Below, one piece after another: positions 48,932 to 59,157 of a stretch of DNA of 64,000 bases (its first letter is position 1; each line of letters begins with the position of its first letter). Origin of the DNA: a virus; the IMG/VR virus record IMGVR_UViG_3300020470_005894, positions 1-64,000 of that record; one strand, 5' to 3'. The notes beneath the pieces were generated by a model. The model was not told the DNA's origin. It saw nothing but the letters and a program-made list of their open reading frames with translations, and made no database searches. Made by a program: the position numbers and the translations under genes.

Positions 48932-49756
48932 CTAGACTTCCCAAGCGACGCGAATGTAATTAACTTGAATATTGTTAGTCGCACCGGTTGTCTCTTGGAA
49001 AAGAATTGGCCTTAAGGAACTATCATCTGGAATATTTGAGCTGATAGTTTTAACTAAAGTCATATCTCCAGGTTCAGTACCAGATGCAGCCTGAGAATGA
49101 TAAAGTTTAACTACCGAACCATCCCAGTGAAGAGCCATATTCAGGACATCATTATCAGCAGCATAAGTCAAGGCAGTCGGAAAAGCTGCAGCGATCGTCC
49201 CATCACCATTTTTGTTGTGTGCATACTGAATTGCATCAACGTTATGCGCAGGCTTGACAAATCCAATTCTGTCGGTGCCGCCGCCGGCAGCTTCAAGGTG
49301 AATCGAGTCGACGGTAATAGCATTCTCCGTAACACCGAAAAAGAATTCAGCGTCGTCATGATTTGCGACCTTAATAGAAGCTTCCATCCACCATCTTTTT
49401 GTGCTTGATGCGCAGCTAATCGGCGCAGCATCAAGGCCGATTGCTGTTTGATTTCCTGCAGAGTTGCCACCAGCTAGCTGAATAGAGCCATCTGTAAAAT
49501 CACTATCACTATTAATAGCAGTGACCGCGCCAGAGTTGGCATCGTCAAAAAGCCAGATACCAGTTGTTGCGTTATCAGCAACCGGAAGCAAATCAACCAC
49601 GCCGCCTGCGTGCATTTGTCCCATACATGCGACTTTTAAATTACGGCGCAAGCCAGGCACCATCGGAGGGCGGACATACCCCCACTCATCGTTTTTACTA
49701 CGAGGTACTTCCATAAGGCTATCAAGCCTCCTACGTCCTAATCTTCGACTTCCCAT
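48932..49756 (-). CDS. Virion protein (beta-sandwich, possible head decoration)
   Basis: Basic N-terminus MGSRRLGRRRL and beta-rich body; between capsid and neck genes; late-like promoter. Confidence 0.55.
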   Translation of the reverse strand: MGSRRLGRRRLDSLMEVPRSKNDEWGYVRPPMVPGLRRNLKVACMGQMHAGGVVDLLPVADNATTGIWLFDDANSGAVTAINSDSDFTDGSIQLAGGNSAGNQTAIGLDAAPISCASSTKRWWMEASIKVANHDDAEFFFGVTENAITVDSIHLEAAGGGTDRIGFVKPAHNVDAIQYAHNKNGDGTIAAAFPTALTYAADNDVLNMALHWDGSVVKLYHSQAASGTEPGDMTLVKTISSNIPDDSSLRPILFQETTGATNNIQVNYIRVAWEV

Positions 49757-49775
49757 TTTTTGTTTCTCCTTTTTT

Positions 49776-49878
49776 AAGTTATCGATAACTTGATTTTAAT
49801 CACGAAACATAGCCAGCCACCTCGGCTATGAATCTTCAAGGGTCAGTGGCCCCGACCCGGGAGAATAATTTCAAGTTG
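49776..49878 (-). ncRNA. Structured 5' leader RNA (three-way junction with complementary loops)
   Basis: P1 AACTTGA/TCAAGTT; hairpins GGGTCG-GGGCCAC-TGACCC and CATAGCCG-AGGTGGC-TGGCTATG; competing palindrome AAGTTATCGATAACTT. Confidence 0.55.
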
Positions 49879-49976
49879 TATTATAAATAGTTGATTTAAA
49901 AGTCAAAATCTCAAAAATTAGCAGCGATATTTTTTTGAGTATTCTGATTTTTTAAAGGTTAAAAGTTTTGTGACTT

Positions 49977-50180
49977 TTATTCAGACTCTTCCTCTTCAAC
50001 TGTCTCCTCTGAATCTGATACTTCTTCAGATGATTCTGGGTTAAGGGCAGATAACAAGCCAATTGCTTCTGCTAATAAACCAGCTTCTTCAAGACTAAAA
50101 GCTCCTCTTTTCTGAGCTAGCTGCGCAGCTTGAACCAATAAATCGACAGCTTGTCCCGGTGTTTCAACTCTTTGTGACAT
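49977..50180 (-). CDS. Small conserved phage protein
   Basis: QAVDLLVQAAQLAQKRGAFSLEEA; TTAACA-N17-TATAAT promoter upstream. Confidence 0.7.
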   Translation of the reverse strand: MSQRVETPGQAVDLLVQAAQLAQKRGAFSLEEAGLLAEAIGLLSALNPESSEEVSDSEETVEEEESE

Positions 50181-50250
50181 TTTATTCTCCTTCTAATATG
50201 TCGGTGTCACCATTATATAGGCATAAGATATTAATGTTAAATTTTTTTTA

Positions 50251-50284
50251 AAAAAAACCCCGCCAAGGAAAACCCAAGGCGGGG
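50251..50284 (-). terminator. Intrinsic terminator after the major capsid gene
   Basis: CCCCGCC...GGCGGGG followed by a T-run. Confidence 0.8.
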
Positions 50285-50311
50285 CATAATTTAATCAACC
50301 TTTATTGGTGA

Positions 50312-52180
50312 TTAGCTAGAGCCTTCCTCACCGAGGAGGCCGCGGACAACAACAAGACCATACATATCAGGTCGGACCATCTTCTTGGCGTATCGAGTCA
50401 TGACTCCCTTACGGGGCACGAAATCCTCGGTACCGAAGATCGTCGGAGTGACCTGGAGAGGCACATATGGAGCGTAAACATAGCCACTTTCAAGGAAGCT
50501 TCCGCCGCGTCGTCCAACGAGAACGAGATTACGGGGGAAGTAGGGATCGACATATACGTCCCACTTCTTGGAAAGTGAACCAACGTTGACAGCGCCAACA
50601 GAGCCCTTGTCAGAATCATGAGTAATGCTCGCACGGAAACCAGCAGTAAACTCAAGGATATTAGCAACTTCAGGTGACGTCACCAAGAAGTTAGCTCCAC
50701 CGCGAAGAGTTTTTCTGTGAATCTGAGCTGAAACATCATTAATGGTCTCAACAAGAGTCTCATACCACTCGCTAACCGTACCGGTGAAGTCCGGAGCAGC
50801 GGCAGCTGCACCAAGCTCGGAACCAGTGTTACGGCTAACAAACAAACCAGGCGAACGTGACCAGTAGAAAGTACTAGCAGTGGCGCCTTCGATGAGGTCC
50901 TTAACAATCTCACGATCGATCTCAAGAGCAATCTGCTCGGAGAGAATCTGAGTAAGCTCAACCTCGGCGTCGAGGTTGTGGTAAGCGTTGAGGTCCTGAC
51001 CAAGTTCAGGGGTCCACTTAGCTTTGAGCTTCTTCGTCATCGCGGTAACAGCAATGCTGTCGACCTTGATGTCAATCTCAGGAATCTCATCTTTTGCAGC
51101 AGCTGAAGCGCGATTTGTATCCACTCCGGCAGTTGCACCAGCTTCTTCAAGGCCCCAGTTATCAGTTCCCTTAATCGCGCCGAGAGCATCAGCAGTCGTA
51201 AATGCGTCGATCATTGGGTAGGTCAAAAGTAGAGCTGCCGCGTCGATGTCGCCGGCAGTAAGAGCTGAACCCTGCACGTAGAAAGTAATACCGCAGTTGT
51301 TTTTACCATGGTAAAGATTCTCTAAAGTCACACCATTGGAGGCCTTTGTGCCCAGGTGGGTTAACCTACGAAGAATCTTTGCTCCGGTACCAGGAACAGG
51401 CGTACCATCAGCCTCAGTAAGATTGAAAGCACCCATGTTTCTGAAGTTCATTTTAGCAGCCTCAGCAGCAGTAACATGAACAACAACTTCACAAATTTCA
51501 TCAGTAGCCGTGCCTCCTAGGACATCGGGGTCATGACGAATAGCGTTTTTCTGTGCCTCGGTCAAGTTCTGAACCTGAACCTCAGAGCCTGCAAACGCCG
51601 TAAAGCTAGTGTGCGTAGAGCTGAAAGCAGGCGCAGTAGCAATTGTCGCGAAGGTTGTACGAGCACTAGAATCAGCAGCAAGCGCAAGAGCACCAGTCAC
51701 GTGTGAGTAAGCGTTGGAAAGGTCATAGAAACCGCCGCCTTCTTCAGTGATGTCGGAAACACCACCAGTCAGCTGGCTACCAACAACTCCGCCACCATAT
51801 AGCGAGTCGCTCTGATCAATACCGAGACGAGCTGCGGTTTGGTCACTGTACTGGAAATCCAGGAAGAAAATGAGACCGGACGGCAAGCTCATTGGCTGAA
51901 CCGACACGAGATCATTTGCAAGTAGTCCACCGAATACACGACGGACAATCGGGAACGCTACGGAAGCGAATCCCTCAACATCACCAGCTGCCATAGATGA
52001 AGCCTCTTTAAGAAGCTGAGCAGCCTGATTTTCTAATAGACGGGCCATGCCCTGTCTTGAGCTATCGTCTTCAAGACCCTCAAGAAGTCCGGTGCGTTCC
52101 CACTTCTCTAATAGAGCAGCACCTTCTCTCTGGAGGCTTCTTTGTGCGATGCCTTCAGTTAGCTTTTTTAATACAGACAT
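50312..52180 (-). CDS. Major capsid protein (T4 gp23-like)
   Basis: VSVQPMSLPSGLIF, KLKAKWTPELGQDLNAYH.LDAE, EIDREI, YAPYVPL, MTRYA. Confidence 0.97.
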   Translation of the reverse strand: MSVLKKLTEGIAQRSLQREGAALLEKWERTGLLEGLEDDSSRQGMARLLENQAAQLLKEASSMAAGDVEGFASVAFPIVRRVFGGLLANDLVSVQPMSLPSGLIFFLDFQYSDQTAARLGIDQSDSLYGGGVVGSQLTGGVSDITEEGGGFYDLSNAYSHVTGALALAADSSARTTFATIATAPAFSSTHTSFTAFAGSEVQVQNLTEAQKNAIRHDPDVLGGTATDEICEVVVHVTAAEAAKMNFRNMGAFNLTEADGTPVPGTGAKILRRLTHLGTKASNGVTLENLYHGKNNCGITFYVQGSALTAGDIDAAALLLTYPMIDAFTTADALGAIKGTDNWGLEEAGATAGVDTNRASAAAKDEIPEIDIKVDSIAVTAMTKKLKAKWTPELGQDLNAYHNLDAEVELTQILSEQIALEIDREIVKDLIEGATASTFYWSRSPGLFVSRNTGSELGAAAAAPDFTGTVSEWYETLVETINDVSAQIHRKTLRGGANFLVTSPEVANILEFTAGFRASITHDSDKGSVGAVNVGSLSKKWDVYVDPYFPRNLVLVGRRGGSFLESGYVYAPYVPLQVTPTIFGTEDFVPRKGVMTRYAKKMVRPDMYGLVVVRGLLGEEGSS

Positions 52181-52221
52181 TTTTTTAATCTCCTTTATAG
52201 TTTATAATCTGTTTAACCTTG

Positions 52222-53385
52222 CTAGGATTTTATTCCTGCAAGAGATTTCCAACGATCATACGTTGGACTACTTTCTTTTTGCCTGACAGGCTCTCTTCTC
52301 CTGTTAGACAAAATCATTGAAGAGGATTTTTCGACTGCTTCGCCTAGTGATTCCGGCCGCTTTTTACGAGAGGTGCTGCCCACTGTGCCTTCAAGGGTCT
52401 CAAATATTACTTTTGCTTCTTCAATTGTACTAGCACTAGACAGACTTTCGACAAGTTTTTTCTTTTGCCGCTCATTCATGGAGTTGCTGTTTAATACTTT
52501 GTTCTGATAAAGTAGTTTAGCATTTGCTAAATTAACCTCATCAAGTTTTTCTTTTAATTGTAGTACAGCTTGACTAAATCTAGCCGCTTGTTTATGCGAC
52601 TCCTCAATAACTGTTCTAAATTGTGTGTTTTGTGTTGTTAAGTGCTCGTTAACACTTTGCAGCTTTTTCACTGCATTGTTAATCTCTGCTCTGTGCTCTC
52701 TTCTAACAGAATCTTGCTCTAGGGCTAATAATTCTTCTTCTGCCAGTCTGACGGTTGATTCTGGCAGGCCGGCCCAGCCTCCTTTACGAGTAGCCAGGGG
52801 ATCAATATCAACTATTAATGCTTCTTGAATTGCTTCCTCCAGGGTTGCCTCAAAATCTGCCTCATCAAGAACAATTTCTTCATCCATCACATCACCCTCT
52901 TCCAAACTATACTCTTCCAAGCCATACCCTTCTGTGAAAGACGCTTCGGGAGCGCCTAAACCAGGTACATTGGGATCTTCCCCGACCATTTCCTCCAGAT
53001 CAACTTTGTCCATCTCAAGAAGCACATTTTCTTGTATTTCTGGGTCGTCAATAAAGTCGCCGCCGAAGCGCATTGTTTCACTTAGTTTTGTGACCTCTTT
53101 CATTAATTGTTCCAAAGGAATCTCGACTTCTTCATCTAAATCTTCTGTGGTGACTGCAAGAGGAATATGCTCCATTACTTTTGGAGGCTCTCCAGTTTCG
53201 CCCTCTTCAGCAGGATTAGGCCCAGCGCCCATAGCAGCTGCTGGGTCTTCTTGCTCAAGCAAGGATGAAACAGCATTTTTAATTTGATTTGAATACTTTT
53301 CTAAAACTAAATTTTCAGCATTTCTAACTGCAGCCTCTTTTAAAGCAGCGGCATCAATTATCGCTTTTTCTAACATGTCAGACAT
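52222..53385 (-). CDS. Prohead core scaffold protein
   Basis: Immediately upstream of the capsid gene; acidic coiled coil, NAKLLY, ends RWKSLAGI. Confidence 0.8.
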   Translation of the reverse strand: MSDMLEKAIIDAAALKEAAVRNAENLVLEKYSNQIKNAVSSLLEQEDPAAAMGAGPNPAEEGETGEPPKVMEHIPLAVTTEDLDEEVEIPLEQLMKEVTKLSETMRFGGDFIDDPEIQENVLLEMDKVDLEEMVGEDPNVPGLGAPEASFTEGYGLEEYSLEEGDVMDEEIVLDEADFEATLEEAIQEALIVDIDPLATRKGGWAGLPESTVRLAEEELLALEQDSVRREHRAEINNAVKKLQSVNEHLTTQNTQFRTVIEESHKQAARFSQAVLQLKEKLDEVNLANAKLLYQNKVLNSNSMNERQKKKLVESLSSASTIEEAKVIFETLEGTVGSTSRKKRPESLGEAVEKSSSMILSNRRREPVRQKESSPTYDRWKSLAGIKS

Positions 53386-53481
53386 TTAATCTCTCCTAGA
53401 AACAATAGGTCATAGTAAATAGTAGGTAGAAGCTTTAAATGACTGTTTTTTGAAAACGTAGCTTTGTCCACTCAACCACTC

Positions 53482-56400
53482 CTAAGATGTTATAGTGTAA
53501 GCAGGGCCATCGGGAACAATTTGTACCGCCTCGCTGCTGCTGGCGGCGTTTGTAACTCGAAACAAGAAATTACGTGCTTGGCCAGGTGTAAGTGTATAGG
53601 TGGTTGCCGCTTGTCCCTGAGGATCGGTGACACCAGTTCCAAGATCTAGAACAATATTATTAGCGCCGTCGCCTCCACCTGTGTCGAAATCAAAATTACA
53701 ATATTTAAAAGTGAATATCTGGTTGTTAACACATCCTGGAATTGCAGCAACTATTTGAGCTGCAGTTGGTGTGATATCGGTACGCGTGCCTGATAGGGCA
53801 CCGTTCGTACCCCGGGCGAGAGCTGCATAAATCAATTGTGCGACAGTTATGGTGTGATTACCATCGGTGTTGACTTGATTGAGAACTTGCGTTGTTATAA
53901 TTGGGCCGTTCGCGCGTATGGCAAGAGCCGGCCAAGCTGAGTCTTGCTGAATGTCTAGAGGAACAGTCTTGGTAGCAGATCCATTGTCATTAACAATTTT
54001 AACTATTTGTTGAAGATTGGTTGATGTGCCGTCATATTCTGCATAAATCAAGTTACCGCCATTTAAACTATTATTCGTACATGTCAAGTTTATTACTTTA
54101 CCACTCGTAAGAGCGTCGGCCGATACATCAATAGCGGTACCAGTTGTCAGTGCATCACCGTTAAGTTCTAAGATTATACCATCTGTTTGCTCAGAGTCAA
54201 TTCTAAAGGCTCTTGCTGCGGTACCGTCTGTTCCATCAAAATCAATATCCAAGCCAACAATTGCGTTAGAATCAGATGCATTTGAAGCATCTTTAGTAAT
54301 CTTAACGATTGTGTAATCATCTGTTGAAGTACCTGAGCCATTGATATCCAAAAGGACAGCGCCATTCAAGTTGTTGCTTGTGCTAGCTAGGGAGATACCC
54401 TTACCAGTAGTAAGGCCATCTGCTGAAATATTTATAACATTCGAACTAGTTAATGCGTCAGCTGTAATATCAACAACGTTTGCATCTTCATTCCCGGCGT
54501 CAATGTCAAGCGCAATTGCGTCTGGGTCGTCATTGTCAATTAACAAAGCCGGCGCGCCTGAGTCTGAATCGTTTTCAATCTCAACTCCGTCACCATCAAG
54601 TTTAATGGCGCCGTCAATAGTGAATGTAAGATCAGCCGCATGCCCGCCGTCATCAACAGTGGTGATAGTAGTGGCGCCAGCAGCACCGACTTGAATTTTG
54701 AATAAATCATCTGCGTCTGCGGAACTTTGTATTGTTAAATCATCGCCACCATCAGCGCACTTAAGCACAAGGCCAAGATTGTTGTCGCCGCCTGTTGCAG
54801 TAATCTCCATGCCAGTGGCGGTACCGGCACCATTCGTGCCAGCAGTTGCAGTAATAATAGCACCTGTAACAGCTGCAGTTCCTGCATCTGCATCATGTGT
54901 CAGGGTCGGGGTGATACTGGCACCAATCATTGTGTTAGTGCCGTTGGTCGCAGAAGTGTTGTCCATATCCAAAAACAAGCCATAAATTGTATTATTGGAC
55001 GTTGTATTGCCTGTCTTGTCAAAGTTTATGTCCAAAGCTTTTATGGTTGCCGCGCTTGTATCAGTGTAAGTATGTGTAATTACAACACCATCTGCGTCGG
55101 CGGCGCCGGGATCAATAGTCGCTTTACCATCTAGATTAAAACCGCCAACACATTTGATGGCGTCGGTAGCATCACCAGTGACAATAAGTGAGTCAGCTGA
55201 CATGTCCCAATGTATATGATTGCCTGCTGACTCTCCATAGAACTTAAAGTCAATACCATGATTATCTGCGCCACCGATAAGAATACCCTCAGTTTCACCA
55301 TCGTGATCCCATGTAATTCCTACATGTGCCGCTGTAGCAGAATGCAATACAAGATCTGCGCCGTCGCCGCTGGTACCGACGTTAAGTGTGGATCCATCAA
55401 AAGTAAGTTGGGCTTCGCCGTTTAGAGCGTCCGAAGAGCTAAACGTTGCTATTCGATCATCTGAACCATTTGCGACAGCAGAAACTGCACCGCCGCCGCC
55501 ACTGGCCCAAGAAGGTATACCGCTGGCTAACTTAAGGACTTGGCCATCCGATCCTTTTGCCAATCTTACATACTTAGTGCCATTATAATATAAAATGTCA
55601 CCAGATGCATCTGAGCCGACAGCAAAGCCACCTGCAAAAGTAACCAACTGTGCTTCACTGATCGTAAGGGCTGTTTGGAGCCCAGAATCATTATTAGTTT
55701 TAAGAATCAGCTGGCCTTTTTCATCGTCGGATGAACCAACATGGCTAACTTCAATCTGACCTAATGCGTTATTACCATGATCCTCAAATATAATCTTGGT
55801 TTCACACCCTCCAGCAGAGTTCTCAGAAGTGCTGTTCTGCAAAGTTAGATAAGCATCGGCGCCTTTAAGCTGAAGTAGGGTGCCTGGAGCTGAATCGCCA
55901 ATACCAACATTGCCATCAGTATGAATTCGCATGCGTTCTGCAGGGGTGGCAGCTGCTGTACCACTTGATCCTGCTACGGCAGTCTTGAATTGTATTGATG
56001 AAGTGCCAGTGCCTGTAGCTGCTCCAGATGATAATACTAGATCTCCGCCAGTCCTATTTGCTGTGCCGGAACCAGCTGTTACACCGCCTGAAGTAATTGT
56101 CAGACTCTTGCCTGCTGTTCCTGCAGCCGTAGCAGTAACGCCAAGTGTTGCGTTCTGGCCGTTTCCATAAGTGACGTCTCCGCCAGAGACAGTTAGGTCA
56201 CCAGTTAATGTAACATCATTTGGTAGACCAATTGTGACAGTGGTGCCGGTGGCCGAGGTGTTAACCTCATTGCTTGTGCCGACTATTGATAAAGTCTCGC
56301 TGTTGAGATCAATATCAATCGTTCCTGAATCTGCAGTAACATCCAGATCTTCAGCTGTGATTAGAGCTTCAATCTTATCTTGAATAGCAGCAGATGTCAT

Positions 56401-59157
56401 TAGGCTTGTGTTATTATCCGCAAAGGATTCTCCAGACGTTTGTATAGCTGTCACACCGACACTGTCAAAAGTTAAAGTACCGCCACTAATAGTGACGGCG
56501 CCGGCGAAGGTTGCTAGTTTATTGCTGTCTAGCCTTAATACTTCGGATTGTGAGGCGTCAGCATCGGTTGTGTACATAACCAAGGCTGCCCCATTTTCAC
56601 TTGCGCTCCAGCCGGCATCACAGATTGCTTCAATTCTTGCACCAACGGTGATTGTACCTGATCCGTCTTCTGCGCCGGCAAACTCAATAACACCTAAGCG
56701 ATCGTCATCGGCCATCGCGGCGGTGTCGTCGGAGGCTAGCCTTATAAAGCCACCTGATGAGCCTCCGCTGGCAGATCGATCAGTTATTGTAAGTTCCGGA
56801 TCGGTGCCGGCAGACTCCATTTTGATATCCCCAGTAAAAGTAGCCAAGCCATCGTCGTCAATTGTAAGTCTTACGGTGGGCACATGGTTGTCAGCATCAT
56901 GTGTCGTCGCAAAAACAATTTTCGATGGAACTGCACCTTCTCTGGCAACTGCATCGCCGGCAAACTGAATATAAGCAGCTAATTTTGCTTCGTCACTAGA
57001 TCCATCACCGTCATTCGTGACTCCCCAAGCAGCGATCTCGCCAATAACCTCTCCTGCGGCTGTGTGACTGCCAGCCCCAAAAGTATTAATAGTGTCATTT
57101 GCTACTTTTTGAAATAATAGGCGGCCAGCTCCGCTGGCTCCATCGGTAGCATCTGACCAGCTGCTAATTTCAATTGTTGGACGAGATGCATCGCTGCTGG
57201 ATTCTGTGTTAGAAACCTCCAACATATAGCTCGGGTAGGGGTTGCCAATACCAACGAGACCTGTGTCTAAAATTCGCATGCGCTCGGCAATAGTTTCCCC
57301 ATTGGTTGTAGAAAAGCTTAAATATGCGTCATTTTCATTACCATCCCATGTTTGGGCTGCATGTGCTGAGATTCTTGCTCCTTCACTAATTGTGTTCGAG
57401 CTATCTTCAGAAGCACGGAAAGAAATGGCCCCTATATTATGAGTTGAAGTAATTGGAGCGTTGTCGTCTTGGACTAATATCAGGTAAGCGCCGTTGGCCG
57501 AGGAGGTGCCAGAGCCGCTGGTGTTTTTAACAGTCAAATCTCCAGCACTATATGTTAATGTAGACTCCGAAGTAACCGTACCATCGCCATCGTCTGTAAG
57601 AAGTTGATTTGCTGCCCCGTCGACGCCAACGGGATGCAAATCAGAAACAGAAAGTACGCCGCTGCTGGCGCTAAGACCAGTCGCAGAGGCAGTGCCGGCG
57701 ATTGCAGTAACCAAATCAGAGACTGATTCAGCTTTTGGTACGCCCGTGGCGCTGCCATCCAAGATTACTAAATGATCATCAGCTACAGCAACAGCTGCAG
57801 CTGCAAGGTTAAGTTTGGTCACCTGGCCAGAGCTATTTACTACTATTGCTGTGTTTGTTCCATGGGCAGAGCCATGGCCAATTTCGAGCGTATTGTCTCC
57901 GTCATCAAGTCCGATTCGATAGTCTTGTTCGTTTCCGTCGAACACCAGCATTGTATCTTCTGCGCCAGCGTCACCGATGGTAAGCTTAGGGCTTGCTCCA
58001 GCTAATATAACTTCTCCGTCACCAGATGTTATAGTTAAGCCACCGTCTGAAGCAACTGCCAAAGTAGAAGCGTTACTTCCGTCATATGAAAGCTTAAGTT
58101 GCGTGCTAGCGCCATATACTTCAAGTAAAGAATCCGGGTCGGAGACACCAATACCAACGTAGCCATCTTCGTCAATAACCATTTTTGTAGTTGCTGCCTC
58201 GCTCTTCCCAGTTTGGAAGACCAAAGCAGTTGAATTGACAGTATCTGAAAACGTGGCTTGTGCTATTGCTGCAATGGACGCCCCAATTTCATCTGAATCC
58301 GTACCAGTATCAAGAGGCGCGTAGAAATTAATACGTCCTAAGACATCATTTGCTACGACCGTAGGCTCTTTTGTTGCAAGCGTCAATACCGCGCCTGTTG
58401 TAGTAAGCCCACTCCTTATTTCAAGATCTGATATGGGGTCGACTGTTCCGATACCAATTTTGCCGGTAGAGCGTACAGTTAAATGTGTATCTGTAGCAGT
58501 AGAACTACCGTGAAGATTAAAAACACCACCTTGTGTATTCATCCCTCCAACGATGGAACCGTCTCTTCTAACTGATACGTGGCCGTGGCTATTGGCTGAT
58601 GTTCCTCCAACAATATTTCCAACAACATCTAACTTGTATGCTGGAGTTGCGGATCCGATGCCGACTCTATCATTTGTGTAGTTGTATACAAAATTGCTTG
58701 ATCCGCTATGAACATTGTTTTTAGCAAAAATTACATGCTTATCATTTTCATAGCCCATATGAAAAGAAGAGGAACTTAAGCTACCAAGTACTATAGAACC
58801 GATAGTATCTTCAAAAGATAATTTCACCCAAGTGCCAGCGGCTCCCGCTGAACCAGAATAAATAACCCAATCATTATAATTCCAACTAGTGTAGCCCTCG
58901 ACGTTGTGTGTGCCAGAGCTAGTAACTTGCCAATAATCACCGGCGGCTGCGGTTAACGGATATGTTACATCTGCAGAATAACCGCTAGCTCTGGTGCTAC
59001 TACCTGTCTGAAAAAGACCTGCCAAAGGACCACCGTATTCACCATCGACGCCGGATCCGGTGCCAAAGTTTTTAGTAGCATCCCAATAGCCTCTAAACCT
59101 AGCGGCGCCTAAAAAGGCAATACTTCCTGTTGCTATGGCATCATATTGTGTTGGCAT
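53482..59157 (-). CDS. Long fibre protein (1891 aa), probably a head or tail fibre
   Basis: G/S/T/D/A-rich; five (V/I)GIG..P repeats and repeated G.I.F...GARI.A modules. Confidence 0.8.
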   Translation of the reverse strand: MPTQYDAIATGSIAFLGAARFRGYWDATKNFGTGSGVDGEYGGPLAGLFQTGSSTRASGYSADVTYPLTAAAGDYWQVTSSGTHNVEGYTSWNYNDWVIYSGSAGAAGTWVKLSFEDTIGSIVLGSLSSSSFHMGYENDKHVIFAKNNVHSGSSNFVYNYTNDRVGIGSATPAYKLDVVGNIVGGTSANSHGHVSVRRDGSIVGGMNTQGGVFNLHGSSTATDTHLTVRSTGKIGIGTVDPISDLEIRSGLTTTGAVLTLATKEPTVVANDVLGRINFYAPLDTGTDSDEIGASIAAIAQATFSDTVNSTALVFQTGKSEAATTKMVIDEDGYVGIGVSDPDSLLEVYGASTQLKLSYDGSNASTLAVASDGGLTITSGDGEVILAGASPKLTIGDAGAEDTMLVFDGNEQDYRIGLDDGDNTLEIGHGSAHGTNTAIVVNSSGQVTKLNLAAAAVAVADDHLVILDGSATGVPKAESVSDLVTAIAGTASATGLSASSGVLSVSDLHPVGVDGAANQLLTDDGDGTVTSESTLTYSAGDLTVKNTSGSGTSSANGAYLILVQDDNAPITSTHNIGAISFRASEDSSNTISEGARISAHAAQTWDGNENDAYLSFSTTNGETIAERMRILDTGLVGIGNPYPSYMLEVSNTESSSDASRPTIEISSWSDATDGASGAGRLLFQKVANDTINTFGAGSHTAAGEVIGEIAAWGVTNDGDGSSDEAKLAAYIQFAGDAVAREGAVPSKIVFATTHDADNHVPTVRLTIDDDGLATFTGDIKMESAGTDPELTITDRSASGGSSGGFIRLASDDTAAMADDDRLGVIEFAGAEDGSGTITVGARIEAICDAGWSASENGAALVMYTTDADASQSEVLRLDSNKLATFAGAVTISGGTLTFDSVGVTAIQTSGESFADNNTSLMTSAAIQDKIEALITAEDLDVTADSGTIDIDLNSETLSIVGTSNEVNTSATGTTVTIGLPNDVTLTGDLTVSGGDVTYGNGQNATLGVTATAAGTAGKSLTITSGGVTAGSGTANRTGGDLVLSSGAATGTGTSSIQFKTAVAGSSGTAAATPAERMRIHTDGNVGIGDSAPGTLLQLKGADAYLTLQNSTSENSAGGCETKIIFEDHGNNALGQIEVSHVGSSDDEKGQLILKTNNDSGLQTALTISEAQLVTFAGGFAVGSDASGDILYYNGTKYVRLAKGSDGQVLKLASGIPSWASGGGGAVSAVANGSDDRIATFSSSDALNGEAQLTFDGSTLNVGTSGDGADLVLHSATAAHVGITWDHDGETEGILIGGADNHGIDFKFYGESAGNHIHWDMSADSLIVTGDATDAIKCVGGFNLDGKATIDPGAADADGVVITHTYTDTSAATIKALDINFDKTGNTTSNNTIYGLFLDMDNTSATNGTNTMIGASITPTLTHDADAGTAAVTGAIITATAGTNGAGTATGMEITATGGDNNLGLVLKCADGGDDLTIQSSADADDLFKIQVGAAGATTITTVDDGGHAADLTFTIDGAIKLDGDGVEIENDSDSGAPALLIDNDDPDAIALDIDAGNEDANVVDITADALTSSNVINISADGLTTGKGISLASTSNNLNGAVLLDINGSGTSTDDYTIVKITKDASNASDSNAIVGLDIDFDGTDGTAARAFRIDSEQTDGIILELNGDALTTGTAIDVSADALTSGKVINLTCTNNSLNGGNLIYAEYDGTSTNLQQIVKIVNDNGSATKTVPLDIQQDSAWPALAIRANGPIITTQVLNQVNTDGNHTITVAQLIYAALARGTNGALSGTRTDITPTAAQIVAAIPGCVNNQIFTFKYCNFDFDTGGGDGANNIVLDLGTGVTDPQGQAATTYTLTPGQARNFLFRVTNAASSSEAVQIVPDGPAYTITS

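Noticed and set aside
49800-49878. Canonical purine riboswitch or tRNA
   Set aside because: Junction nucleotides do not match the purine aptamer core and there is no T-loop or CCA; kept as an unclassified RNA.
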